Below, in pieces: positions 46,692 through 58,974 of a stretch of 64,000 nt of DNA. The notes below the pieces were generated by a model. That model had not been told where the DNA came from. It searched no databases and saw nothing but the letters and a program-made list of their open reading frames with translations. A program made the translations under genes and the position numbers. How positions within the stretch are numbered: position 1 is the first letter of the stretch; the number at the start of each line of letters is the position of its first letter. The DNA is from Eledone cirrhosa. Its lineage: Eukaryota. Location: NCBI GenBank assembly GCA_964016885.1, contig OZ024743.1, forward strand, positions 243,102,001-243,166,000. The letters are read 5' to 3'.

Positions 46692-47815
46692 GGTGGAACT
46701 AAAGAAAAAATTCCAAACATGGAAGCAGGGACGAGAAAGAAGGGGTCTCAAAGTCAACCTGACAAAAACTAAGGTCCTCGTAAGTAGACAGAAAACAGAA
46801 CCCAGATCCCCTCAGGGAAATGGCCATGCTCAGTAATTGGGAATGATGTAGGTAGGAATTCCATCCTCTGCCCCAAATGCAAACTACACAAGAGATGTAG
46901 TGGTATCTCAGGAAGCTTAGTTAGGAATGTAGGCTTTACATGTAGCAGCTGCACTGGGACAGTAAGCAGCAAACAACCACAGGAAATAAGCACTACCAAA
47001 CGCTGGGAGGGCTCAGTAGAAACAGTAGGCAGCTTCTGCTTCCTAGGTGACCAAATTAGCAGCGGAGGTGGGTGTTCTGAAAGTACAGTAACAAGAGTAA
47101 GAACGGGATGGAAGAAGTTCAGGGAACTACTACCTCTGCTAGCTGCAAAAGGCTTTTCCCTCAAAATGAAAGGCAGACTGTATGATGCGTGCATACGAAC
47201 AGCAATGTTACATGGTAGTGAGATCTGGGCGCTTTATGTAGAAGACTTGCATAGATTAGAAAGAAACAAAGCTTGCATGCTCCGATGGATGTGTAAAAGT
47301 AATATACACAAACGGCAAAGCATAAACAAATTGAGAGAGAGACTGAGCATAAAAGGAATCAAATTATGTATGCAGGAGAGGCGGTTGTGTTGGTATAGAC
47401 ATGTAATGCGTATAAAGGATGACAGCTGCATAAAAAGGTGCAGCGCACGAAAAGTCGATGGGAGCCTTGGAGTGGGGAAACCCAAGAAGACCTGGGATGA
47501 GATGATAAAAGCTGACCTTGCCCAATTGCACCTCTCAAGACCCAACTTCCCACGGGTACAAGCCAAAGCTGAAGCATATAGACAATATGCCCCATCCCCT
47601 CCCACTGCAAAGTGGTCGCGGAGGTGTCATGACAAAAAGCACCCAGCACTCACTGTAAATGAGGTTGGTGTTAGGAAGGACATCCAGCTCTAAAAATCAA
47701 GCAAAAATCAGTTTCTGTATGAGCAAGACAAGGTCAGCCAACCAGACACTGCCCACAACAGGACAACCCATCTAACCCATGTTAGTGTGGAAGAATGAAC
47801 ATATGATGATGATGA
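46690..47815 (+). mobile_element. RTE LINE, subfamily 2, 5'-truncated and decayed
   Basis: PHD-like finger remnant, MKGRLYDACIRTAMLHGSE, 3' UTR and GAT tail. Small internal deletion near 47540. Confidence 0.9.
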
Positions 47816-47849
47816 TATATAAATATCTACATATACATATATATATATA

Positions 47850-48385
47850 TTGTTATACTTTGGGAGGGTCATGTTGCCAATAAGAAACACACGCACCAGT
47901 TGCTTTCACTTCAATTTATTATATACTTATAAATTTATAAATTTACAAATCTACAAACTTATAAATTTCTGGTTGGTTGGTTGGTTCCACAACCAGATAG
48001 TTGTTTATATATAGTCATAGTCCTTTCGTCACACACTCTGTGACCTCTTCTAATTTATCCTTGTGTTCTATCTTAGCATGTTGGTAGAGTACAGATGATT
48101 CTTTATTATCTTGAATCCCCAGTCACTGAAGAGGTCACAGAATGTGTGACGAAAGGACTATGACTATATATAAACAACTATCTGGTTGTGGAACCAACCA
48201 ACCAACCAGAAATTTATAAGTTTGTAGATTTGTAAATTTATAAATTTATAGATATATAATAAATTGAAGTGAAAGCAACTGGTGCGTGTGTTTCTTATTG
48301 GCAACATGACCCTCCCAAAGTATAACAATATCGGTTTCAACACACGATTTCAGATAAAGAATCTTGCTAAACAAATTCAGAAACG

Positions 48386-48389
<4 letters not shown>
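47850..48389. mobile_element. Fold-back derivative of the Neptune-like PLE end, with HHR at 48121-48165
   Basis: 47850-48050 is the inverse of ~48128-48327. Both arms match 27272-27538. The spacer matches 26842-26904 in antisense. Confidence 0.88.
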
Positions 48390-48457
<68 letters not shown>

Positions 48458-48569
48458 CACACATACATGTACATATGTAAGACTGTTTTCCTATTATATG
48501 AAGCGTAAAACTAATAATACATTTCTTCATTGTACTGTGTTGTTTGCTTTGTTATTTCTGATTGCCTTT

Positions 48570-48618
<49 letters not shown>

Positions 48619-48645
48619 GTATGTGTGTGTATATATATATATATA

Positions 48646-49252
48646 TCATCATCACCGTTTTACGTCCATTCTTCCATGCTAGCATGGGTTAGACGGGTTG
48701 TCCTGTTGTGGGCAGTGTCTGGTCGGCTGACCATGCCTTGCTCATACAGGAACTGATTTTGGCTTGATTTCTACAGCTGGATGCCCTTCCTAACACCAAC
48801 CTCATTTACAGTGAGTGCTGGGTGCTTTTTTCCATGGCGCCTACACGTCCACTTTACAGTGTGGGCTGGGTGCTTTTTTGCTGTGGCATCTCCACGATCA
48901 CTTTGCAGTGGGAGGGTGTGGGGCATATTGTCTATATGCTTCAGCTTGTACCCATGGGGGGTCGGGTACTCTGTATTACTGCGTGACGCCAGAGGTCATG
49001 GTCGTGTGTAATCGCCTTTGAGAGATGTAATTGGGTAAGGTCAGTTTTTATCACCTCATCCCAGGTCTTCTTGGATCTCCCCGCTCCGCGGTTTCCATCG
49101 ACTTCTAGTGCTCTGCACCTTTTTATGCAGCTGTCATCCTTCATACGCATCACATGTCCATACCAGCGCAACCACCTCTCCTACACACAGCATTTGATTC
49201 CTCTTATGCTCAGTCTCTCTCTCAATTCATTTATGCTTTGTCGTTCACGTAT
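48646..49252 (-). mobile_element. RTE LINE 3' fragment, subfamily 2
   Basis: RWYGHVMRMKDDSCIKRC, 3' UTR, (ATC)n tail abutting (TA)n. Confidence 0.92.
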
Positions 49253-49332
49253 ACATACATACTTACATTTAAGTAAGTGCCATACTAAGAGTGAGAAATG
49301 AAATTTCGTTTTCATTTTATTTCAACATATAC

Positions 49333-49411
<79 letters not shown>

Positions 49412-49600
49412 CATATATATATACATATATATATATACATATATATATATATACATATATATACATATATATATATACATATATATATATATGAGTGTGT
49501 TCTGTTATTAATTCTGGCAATATTACGCAAATATGACCCTCCCCAAGTATAACAACATATATATATACATATATATATAAATAAATATATATATATATAC

Positions 49601-49647
<47 letters not shown>

Positions 49648-49809
49648 CTTATATATATATATACATATATATATACACATATATATATATATACATATAT
49701 ATATACACATATATATATATATACATATATATATACATATATATATACTTATATATATATATACATATATATATACATATATATATACATATACATATAT
49801 ACATATACA

Positions 49810-49841
<32 letters not shown>

Positions 49842-49842
49842 C

Positions 49843-49895
<53 letters not shown>

Positions 49896-49987
49896 CATAT
49901 ATATATATACATATATATATATACATATATATACATATACATATATATATATACATATATATATATACATATACATATATATATATA

Positions 49988-50457
49988 CATCATCATCATC
50001 GTTTAACGTCCGTGTTCCACGCTTGCATGGGTTTGGACGGGAGTTTTCCCACTTGAGGCAAGAGGGATTGTCTTGCTCGCATAGGACTGTCTGGCGGGTT
50101 TTCTACAGCTGGATGCCCTTCCTAACACCTACCACATTTACAGTGTGGGAGGTTTTTACCGTGTTGCCTACATGGCCACATTACAGCGTGGACTGTGTGT
50201 TTTTTTTCGTGACACCTACATGATCTCCTTTGTTTCGGCCTGGATGTTCTGGCACCAACATAACTTTACATTGAAAGGGGCGGTGTGGGGGTGGTGGGAC
50301 GGGGGTGTATTTTGTTAGAGATGCCTACTGACTGTAGTAGGTTTTACTTTGTATTTAGGTAAGGTGGGTCTTCTCTATTACTGAGTACCGCCAAAGGTCT
50401 CGGTCCAGTGACATTGTCTTGGAGAGGTGTAAGTGTGTGAGGTCGGAATTCATCAGT
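49988..50457 (-). mobile_element. RTE LINE 3' fragment, subfamily 1
   Basis: Near-identical to 1-460. (CAT)n tail abuts (TA)n. Confidence 0.92.
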
Positions 50458-50839
50458 AAGTGTGTGAGGTCGCAATTATACATATATATATATATATATC
50501 ATAAATCATGTCCTTAGAATTATTAGATAAAATATATACTATTTCCTCTTCTAATTAGCATAATTAACCATATAAAAAATCAATTAGACCAAGCTATAAA
50601 AAGAAAGGCTCTTATGAAGAAATCTCCGACAAATATATATATATATATACTATATCTATATATATACACACACACACACATACATACATATATTGCACTA
50701 ACAGAAGTCTGATGAGCTTTTGATTCCAGAGTCGAGCCCGATCGATAGAGATCGAATCTTGAGCTGATCAATCGTGAAACGTGCACCACATCTCAATAAA
50801 CATGAAAATTTGTCACCTCATCCATATTATCATTACCAT

Positions 50840-51030
50840 TGTGGATTGGCAGTATCGGTAGAGAGTCGGACACCATGCTTTAAAGCATAGAGTTACGTCC
50901 CTTTATGATCTGAGTTCAAATCCCGCCGAGGTTAACTTTGCCTTTTATCCTTATGGGGTTGATAAAATAAAGTACCAGTAATGCACTGGGATAATTGCTA
51001 GCCTTGTGCCAACAGTAGAAACAATTATTA
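50840..51030 (+). mobile_element. tRNA-derived SINE
   Basis: A-box-like TGGCAGTATCGG, B box GAGTTCAAATCC, central gccttttatcc..ggggttgataaaataaagtaccag domain, (ATT) tail. Other copies at 55283-55470 (-) and 57865-58070 (+), fragments at 32035-32125 and 33820-33880. Confidence 0.85.
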
Positions 51031-51127
51031 TATATATACGAGCAAGACAACCAATCTTGCCTCACATGGGACAATTCCCGTCTAAACCCATTCTAGCGTG
51101 GAAGATAGATGTTAAACCATGATGATG

Positions 51128-51174
<47 letters not shown>

Positions 51175-51177
<3 letters not shown>

Positions 51178-52812
51178 TCATCATCATCATCATCATCACC
51201 GTTTTACGTCCGTTCTTCCACGCTAGCATGGGTTAGACGGGTTGTCCTGTTGTGGACAGTGTCTGTCTGGGTCGGCTGACCATGCCTTGCTCATACAGGA
51301 ACTGATTTGGCTTGATTTCTACAGCTGGATGCCCTTCCTAACACCAACCTCATTTACAGTGAGTGCTGGGTGCTTTTTTCCATGGCGCCTACACGTCCAC
51401 TTTACAGTGTGGGCTGGGTGCTTTTTTGCTGTGGCACCTCCACGACCACCTTGCGGTGGGAGGTGTGAGGGCATATTGTCTATATGCTTCAGCTTGTACC
51501 CATGGGAGGTCGGGTACTCTGTATTACTGTGTGACGCCAGTGGTCACGGTCGTGTGTCATCGCCTTTGAGAGGTGTAATTGGGTAAGGTCAGTTTTTATC
51601 ACCTCATCCCAGGTCTCCTTGGATCTCCCCGCTCCGCGGTTTCCATCGACTTCTAGTGCTCTGCACCTTTTTATGCAGCTGTCATCCTTCATACGCATCA
51701 CATGTCCATACCAGCGCAACCACCTCTCCTGCACACAGCATTTGATTCCTCTTATGCTCAGTCTCTCTCTCAATTCATTTATGCTTTGTCGTTCACGTAT
51801 ATTACTGTTACACATCCATCGGAGCATGCAGGCTTCGTTTCTCTCTAATCTACGTAAGTCTTCCACCTTTAGTGCCCTGGTCTCACTACCATGCAACATT
51901 GCTGTTCGGATACACGCATCATACAGTCTGCTTTTCATTCTGAGGGAGAAGCCTTTTGCAGCTAGCAGTGGTAGTAGTTCTCTAAACTTCTTCCATCCCG
52001 TTCTTACCCTAGTTATTGTACTTTCTGAACACCCACCTCCGCTGCTAATTCGGTCACCTAGGTAGCAGAAGCTGTCTACTCTTTCTACAGAGCCCTCCCA
52101 GAGATTGGTGGTACTTGTTTCCTGTGGCTGTTTGCTGCTTGCTGTCCCAGCACAGCTGCTGCATGTGAAGCCTACATTCTTAATTAAGCTTCCTGAGATC
52201 CCGCTACATCTCTTGTGTACCCATTGTTTGCATTTGGGGCAGAGAATGGAGTTCCTACCTACACCTTTCCTACATACTGAGCAAGGCCATTTGCCTGAGG
52301 GGATCTGGGTTCTGTTTTCTCGTCTACTTACAAGGACCTTAGTCTTTGTCATGTTGACTTTGAGACCCTTTCTTTCTAGTCCCTGCTTCCAAGTTTGGAA
52401 TTTATTCTCTAGTTCTACCATAGATTCAGCTATGTGTGCGAGGTCATCAGCATACAGGAGTTCCCATGGGCATCCGGTCTTAAACTCATCCGTTATTGCC
52501 TGCAGGTCTATGATGAACAGGAGGGGGCTAAGAACAGGGCCCTGGTGGACCCCAACCTGTACGTTAAATTCCTCGCTATACTCATTGCTAATCCTAACTT
52601 TGCTGACTGCTCCCCTATACATGGCTTGTACAGCTTTCACAAGCCATTCATCTACTCCTAGTTTTCTAAGAGCCCACCAGATTACAGCACGTGGAACTCT
52701 GTCAAAGGCTTTCTCAAGGTCGACAAATGCTAAGTAGAGTGGCTTACTTTTAGCTAGGTACTTTTCCTGTAACTGCCTCACAAGGAAGAGGGCATCAGTG
52801 GTGCCTCTTCCT

Positions 52813-52814
<2 letters not shown>
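51175..52814 (-). mobile_element. RTE LINE, subfamily 2, 5'-truncated, open frame over RT and C-terminus
   Basis: FVDLEKAFDRV, YADD, C4HC3 finger, (GAT)n tail. (TA)n on both sides. Confidence 0.95.
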
Positions 52815-52847
<33 letters not shown>

Positions 52848-52859
52848 CTGATAAGTTTT

Positions 52860-53155
52860 GAAAATCCACTCTTGTTCCTTCTCCAGATACATGGATGATA
52901 TTCTTATGCTCACTTCCTCATGTGAAGAAGCCATAAAAACTCATAACAACTTCCAAAGTGTAGACGCACACGTGAATTTGAGGTTGAGCACCCAAACAAC
53001 ACTGGATCCCTCTCTCTACTCTACTTTACATTAAGTGTCATAGAGGAGGAATCCATATACATCAAATTTTACAGGAAGGATGCCTGTAGAAACAATTTTG
53101 TGCACCATGATTCTGTTCTTCCCTACAGAGCCAAAATGGCCTATATATGAAATGT
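52860..53155 (+). mobile_element. PLE RT fragment (different, Poseidon/Penelope-like family)
   Basis: Manual translation FSRYMDDILML..EVEHPNNTGSLSLL..FYRKDACRNNFVH with a frameshift. Confidence 0.6.
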
Positions 53156-53509
53156 GATTTCACAGATGTACAAATTATTTTTTCTATTTTAACTGTTGTA
53201 AAAAAAACTATCACAATCACACAGAATGAAATATGTGTATTAGTGGTTAGTCATTGTGGGTCCAACCTCTAGCATCTTGTATTCATGAGCTAGACACTTC
53301 ATTTCACATTGCTTTTCAGGGCCTCCTAATATTGAAACATCTGAGAAACCTTAAAGGAAGCCCAATAAATCGATATAGGTAAGTAGTAACAACAAGAATA
53401 TGATAGGACTGTGGCACCTATTATTAAAACAACTGATACACCTCCTGTGAGATGCAACCCTCTATGAGGTCAGTTGAGCTGTAAGTTTCTTTGCAAAATT
53501 TCATTTTAT

Positions 53510-53561
<52 letters not shown>

Positions 53562-54915
53562 CGTCAATGGAACACAAATTCTATATTTGTCTTATTATGA
53601 CAATAAGCCTGTTCCTGCCATTTCTAATGGATATTACATTATCCTTACTCAATAATTTTACTCTATTCTCTATTGCAACCATCTTTTTTTTACTTCTGAT
53701 ATCTTTATCCTCTCCAGTGTTGGTGCTACAAACAATGCACACAGTACACTTTACAAGGTGGTTGGTGCAAGGAAGAGCCTTCAGCTATAAAAACCAGGCC
53801 AAAAATAGTTTGAAAGGACTCTTCAATTGTGCCACAAACATGGTGACTTCCCTAGTGTTGGTCAAATGATAAAATGTACCCAGTACACTATGTAAAGTGG
53901 TTGGTGATACAAAGGGCATCCAGCTGTAGAAAACTTGCCAAACAAAGGGTAGAAAGAACTTTTCAGTGGTGCCAGAGACTTTACCTCTCTACTGTTGGTG
54001 CAACAATAAAATGCATGCAGTACACTCTGTAAAGTGTGAGATCAGTGGCTCCATATGAGTACTGACTTGGTATTTAATGACCTGTCTAACCCTTGCTAGC
54101 AGGGAAAATGGACATTAAATTATGATGATATTTATGCATATGGACATACACACAGATGCATACACAAACACACATATATACATAGTAATGCTGGGCTCAT
54201 ATATTATTTTATACCATATATATCCTGGTTTTTAGAATAAGTACACTGTATCCCTGCATGTCTTAAAATGTGGCTAAATGGGTTGACATTTGGAAAGGTA
54301 TTGGCCATAAAACACTGCTTCAAAAAGTCCCATCTAATCCATGTCAGGCCAAGAGACAGTCACATATATGAGAAATATTTATCCTGTAGAAAATGAAATT
54401 ACATCTGATGCTAACTGTTAACTTGCACACACAAGTACACATACGTGAACACACACACACACACACACACATATATCATGTTACATAGCAACAATACAGA
54501 TACACAAACATTAGCTAATCACTAAATCGGATATAGCAAAAAGCAGTTTCATTGGTTAAACAAATATTCTAATTAGCCAATGAATTTACTGCAAAATATC
54601 CCGTCTGATTCGTTTTTTTTTGTTTTTTAACAATTCTGCAAATCCACTGCTCATCATTTGTTACTTTATTTATTGACCCCAAAAGGTAAAGTTGCTCTCA
54701 ATGAAATTTGAACTCAGAATGCAAAGAATAGGAACATACAAATAACTGAATACATCATCATAACATGATGAATAAACCCTAATTTTGTTTTTACCTGTTT
54801 TGTTTTTCTATTTTGTCTAATTTATATAATTTTTTAGAAATATATTATCAGGAAAATTATTTTATTTCAAACAAAATTTGTTTTTGCTCTAACAGCAGAT
54901 ACGTAAATGCATTTG

Positions 54916-55620
54916 TGAGTTTTATATTGAATATTAATAATATAATAATATTATTAATATTTGATTTGTTTGCAAGCAAACAGCCTCATGATGCTGTGTT
55001 TTTAGACAACTATCATCATCCTTTTGTTCTAGCAGTAGCAGAGAGAAGCAATTGACAATTGTTTCAGGGTTATTGCATGAATGCATTTACATATCTGCTA
55101 TGTTAGAGCAAAAACAAATTTTGATTTTAATTTTCAGCAAAACCAGCCATAAAAATGCTCAGTATGCAAATTAGGCTAATCAGCTGATGTATACTTTAGA
55201 GAATACTATATATTCTCAAGAGTTCGAGTGTGTGATAGATGAGAGATACACAATCTTTACAAGGGGCAATAACCTTGAAATAATTGTTTCTACTTTTGGC
55301 ACAAGGCCATCAATTATCCCAGTGCATTACTGGTGCTTTATTTTATTGACCCCGTAAAGATGAAAGGCAAAGTTAACCTTGGTGGGATTTGAACTCAGAC
55401 TATAAAGGGCTGTAACTCTGCTGCAAAGCATGGCGTCTGACTGTCTACCGATACTGCCAATCCACTGCCATTAACTGAAATAATTGTCAATTGTTTCTCA
55501 CTGCTATCGCTAGAAGAAAAGGATGACGATAGTCATCTAAAAACACATAGCGTTATGAGGCTGTATGTTTGCAAACAAATTGAATATTATTAATATTATT
55601 ATTATTCGATAGAAAACTCA
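54916..55620. mobile_element. MITE-like element with ~160-bp inverted termini, right arm interrupted by a SINE
   Basis: 54916-55076 is the inverse of 55266-55286 plus 55476-55620. The SINE is flanked by a tgaaataat duplication. Confidence 0.6.
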
Positions 55621-56552
55621 TCGCTTGATATGTGACATTTTTTTGTAAGGCATGGTATTGCTGGCCATAGGCAAGTCCCTAGTGGGACTAAAAAGCCACA
55701 TCCGTGATGCTCATGCTTAAGTATCAAGCGATGACATTACTTGAAATCGAGTTGCAGTCATCATTGTTATTCGATATAGAACTCACGAATGCATATTTTA
55801 TTTTTAAAAAACTCAAATATATTCCTAGAAAAAAATTACATGAAAATAATAAAGAATTTACGGAGGAGGTCAGCTGAACGGGTTCTGAGGAGGCTTGAAG
55901 TCTTGATGGTGACCAGTGCAAAGAGAGAAATTATAAACTGAAACCTAATCGATTTAGTAGTAGTATTCCTGATACAACAAACCATAATTATAAACTGAAA
56001 CTCCATAGCTATTTAGTAGTAGTATTCCTGGTATAAGTGTATCAAATATATTAGTATATTTTTAAAAGCTAGTTTATTCTCATCTTATTTATCAATAATG
56101 TAATTTTCTTTAACCAATCCTACATTAAGAATTCAAAACAATTTCTTTAATTACTATCGTTCTTATTAAATATTTGTGTCAAACTAATTATTAGACTTAC
56201 ACATATTATATATAGAAAAAAAATCATGTGAAGCCTATTAAGTAATTAATAATTAGGTTATGCTGTTCAAATGTTGATTCTTTTAATTAATGTTATTATC
56301 TGGTAAACACTAAAAAATTACATTTTGTCTAAGTCAAATTAAAGCCAACATTATTATTTGGTAGTTTAAAATCTAGTATCATCATTATTCATTCTTTTTT
56401 ATTGGTTTCAGTCATTAGACAGTGGTCATGCTGGGGCACAGCTTTAAAGGGATTTTACTTGATTATAACAACTCTAATACTTGTCTTTTTCAAACTTTGT
56501 ATGAGTTTTATTGATATTCCTTCATTGACCACAAACTCAAATGTAAACACAA

Positions 56553-56587
<35 letters not shown>

Positions 56588-56607
56588 GCAACATCAGACA
56601 CACCTAA

Positions 56608-56684
<77 letters not shown>

Positions 56685-56726
56685 TACATATATGTGTGTA
56701 TGGTGTGAGTATATATATATATATAT

Positions 56727-57240
56727 AATAATAAAATAACAGGAGGCTGGACTTGTGTAAATCTTTGAAATGATCATTTCAATGACCGGGTTCCGTATGA
56801 ATCCGGTGATATCATCAGGTATTCGAAATATAATAAATGAATGTAACAGATAAAATCTATGGGGCTGAAAATCATAGACCCGAGGCGACCGGCTAAAGTG
56901 GAAGATGCTAGATGGTCGGTCGTCCTCGAGTCTATGATTTTCAGCCCCATGGATTTTATCTGTTACATTCATTTATTATATTTCGAATACCTGATGATAT
57001 CACTGGATTCATACGGAACCCGGTCATTGAAATGATCATAGTATAATAAACCTTTCAAGGATTTACACAAGTCCAGCCTCCTGTTATTTTATTATAATAT
57101 TTAACTCCGTACTCGCACCACCAACTACACAAACGAAGACGGTTGAGCTGCTTTACGTTGAGTACTCTCCATATTATTACATCAAGATTGACCATACGGA
57201 ATTGACCAGCTCTATCCAGTGGTGAACCTCCAAATCTAAA
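56727..57240 (+). mobile_element. Fold-back ORF-less HHR element; intact HHR at 56987-57044, deleted antisense HHR at 56770-56822
   Basis: ~56730-56891 is the inverse of ~56917-57095. Same family as 20452-20802. (TA)n flanks. Confidence 0.85.
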
Positions 57241-57264
57241 TATATATATATATATGCACTCTTT

Positions 57265-57521
57265 TAAAGTGGTCGTGAAGGTGTCACGATAAAAAGCACC
57301 CAGCCCACACTGTAAAGTGGTTATATAGGTATCACAACAAAAAGCACCGAGTACACACTGTAAATGTGGTTGGCGTTAGGAAGGGCATCCAGTTGTAGAA
57401 ACCTAGCCAGAAACAGTTCTGTATGAGTAGGACATGGTCACCTGACTAAACTTGCCTAAAATGGGACCAACCCATCTAACCCATGCTAGCGTGGAAAGTG
57501 GACATTAAATTATGATGATGA
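57265..57521 (+). mobile_element. RTE-type 3' UTR fragment or SINE tail
   Basis: GGAAGGGCATCC..CCATGCTAGCGTGG..(GAT)n. Similar pieces at 51038-51129, 53870-54130 and 58080-58230. Confidence 0.7.
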
Positions 57522-58974
57522 TATATATGCATGCATGTATGTATATATGATGGGCTTCTGCAGTTTCTATCTAGCAAATTTTACTCACACAGCACTGATT
57601 TCCACTCCAAAGATAACAACCTCTCTTCAAATACCCATCCTGAGAAGCTCTAAAAAGAGATCATTAACACTGCCTTTCTTTCTATGACTGTTATGATAAT
57701 AAAGTTAACTCTTTAACACTTCTTACACAAACTTCCTAACCCCTATATATTGCACACAGAAAAATACTTGGTTTCAAACATAATTTACAGTTCCTTAACT
57801 TCTTACTTGCAGTTCTTCCTCTGACAACTCTATTTTCACTATAACCACCTATCATTATACTATCACGGTAGAGCATCAGGCACCATGCTTCACAACATAG
57901 AGTTATGTCCCTTCACATTCTGAGTTCAAATTCTGCTGAGGTTAGCTTTGGCTTCCATTTTTATGAGGTCGATAAAATAAAGTACTAGTAATGCACTGGG
58001 GTTGATTTAATTGACTTCCCCTCTCCCAAAATTGCTGGCCTTGTGCCTAAATCAGAAACCATTATATTATCAATGAAATAGAATGGTTAGTGATCGGAAG
58101 GGCACCTAGCTATAGAAATCATGCCAAACCGGAATGTGTGTGAATGAGATGTGACCCACAACCAATTTGGGAGGCCAGTAGCTCTGATTAAGTACTGTAA
58201 CAATCAGTTCAACCCATGCCAGTATAGGAAAATCTACAACTTCTGTTGAACTATCATAGCAATATATGGTATTTATTTCATAGATTTCCTTCTTGTTAGC
58301 AGCTCTTTTATTCCTTCTTTCTCATCCCATCCTCATATCTGAGAGTTGGGGGTCATAGACTTATGGACCAGCACACTCCGTTTTTTTCCTGTCTCTTGCT
58401 ATAGCCGTACATTCTGCCAAACTCCTTCTTGCCCATTCCTTAATATCTTGTACATATTAAGTACTGTAGATCTTGTACATATTAATTACTGGGGCCCAGT
58501 CAAGCTACTACATTTTTCATGTAATAACTTGTCCCAAATACATAGTAAAGGCATTCTGATCTTAATATATTGAATAAAGCCACTTCCCATCTGTTATACT
58601 TTCAACTACTGACTAATACTTTAACTACTTCCAAGATGATGTTAGTGTTTTATACTTTCTACTACGAACTAGTACTTTCTATTACTAACTAGTACTTTAA
58701 CTAATTCCCATATGACACTAAGGTTTTATACTTTCTACTACTAACTAGTACTTTCTACTAGTAACTAATACTTTAATCTTTGCCATATCGATATTTTGTC
58801 TGTAGGAGATACTTCCAGATTTCACACTTTCTCTGCATTTGTCCAACAGATTCTACAAGGAAAAACAGGCCATCAGCACACACAAGTTGCCAAAAACATC
58901 AAGTGAGAAACTGCCTCAAGGCAAACTTTATTGCATTTACATTTCCCAACCACTGCACCATACTCAATGTCAAA

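Noticed and set aside
55884-55970. CTGAGGA...GAAA hammerhead candidate
   Set aside because: No convincing stem I or stem II pairing.
53150-58600. Possible host-gene exons
   Set aside because: Only short low-complexity ORFs and repeat fragments are visible. Small exons cannot be excluded without transcript data.
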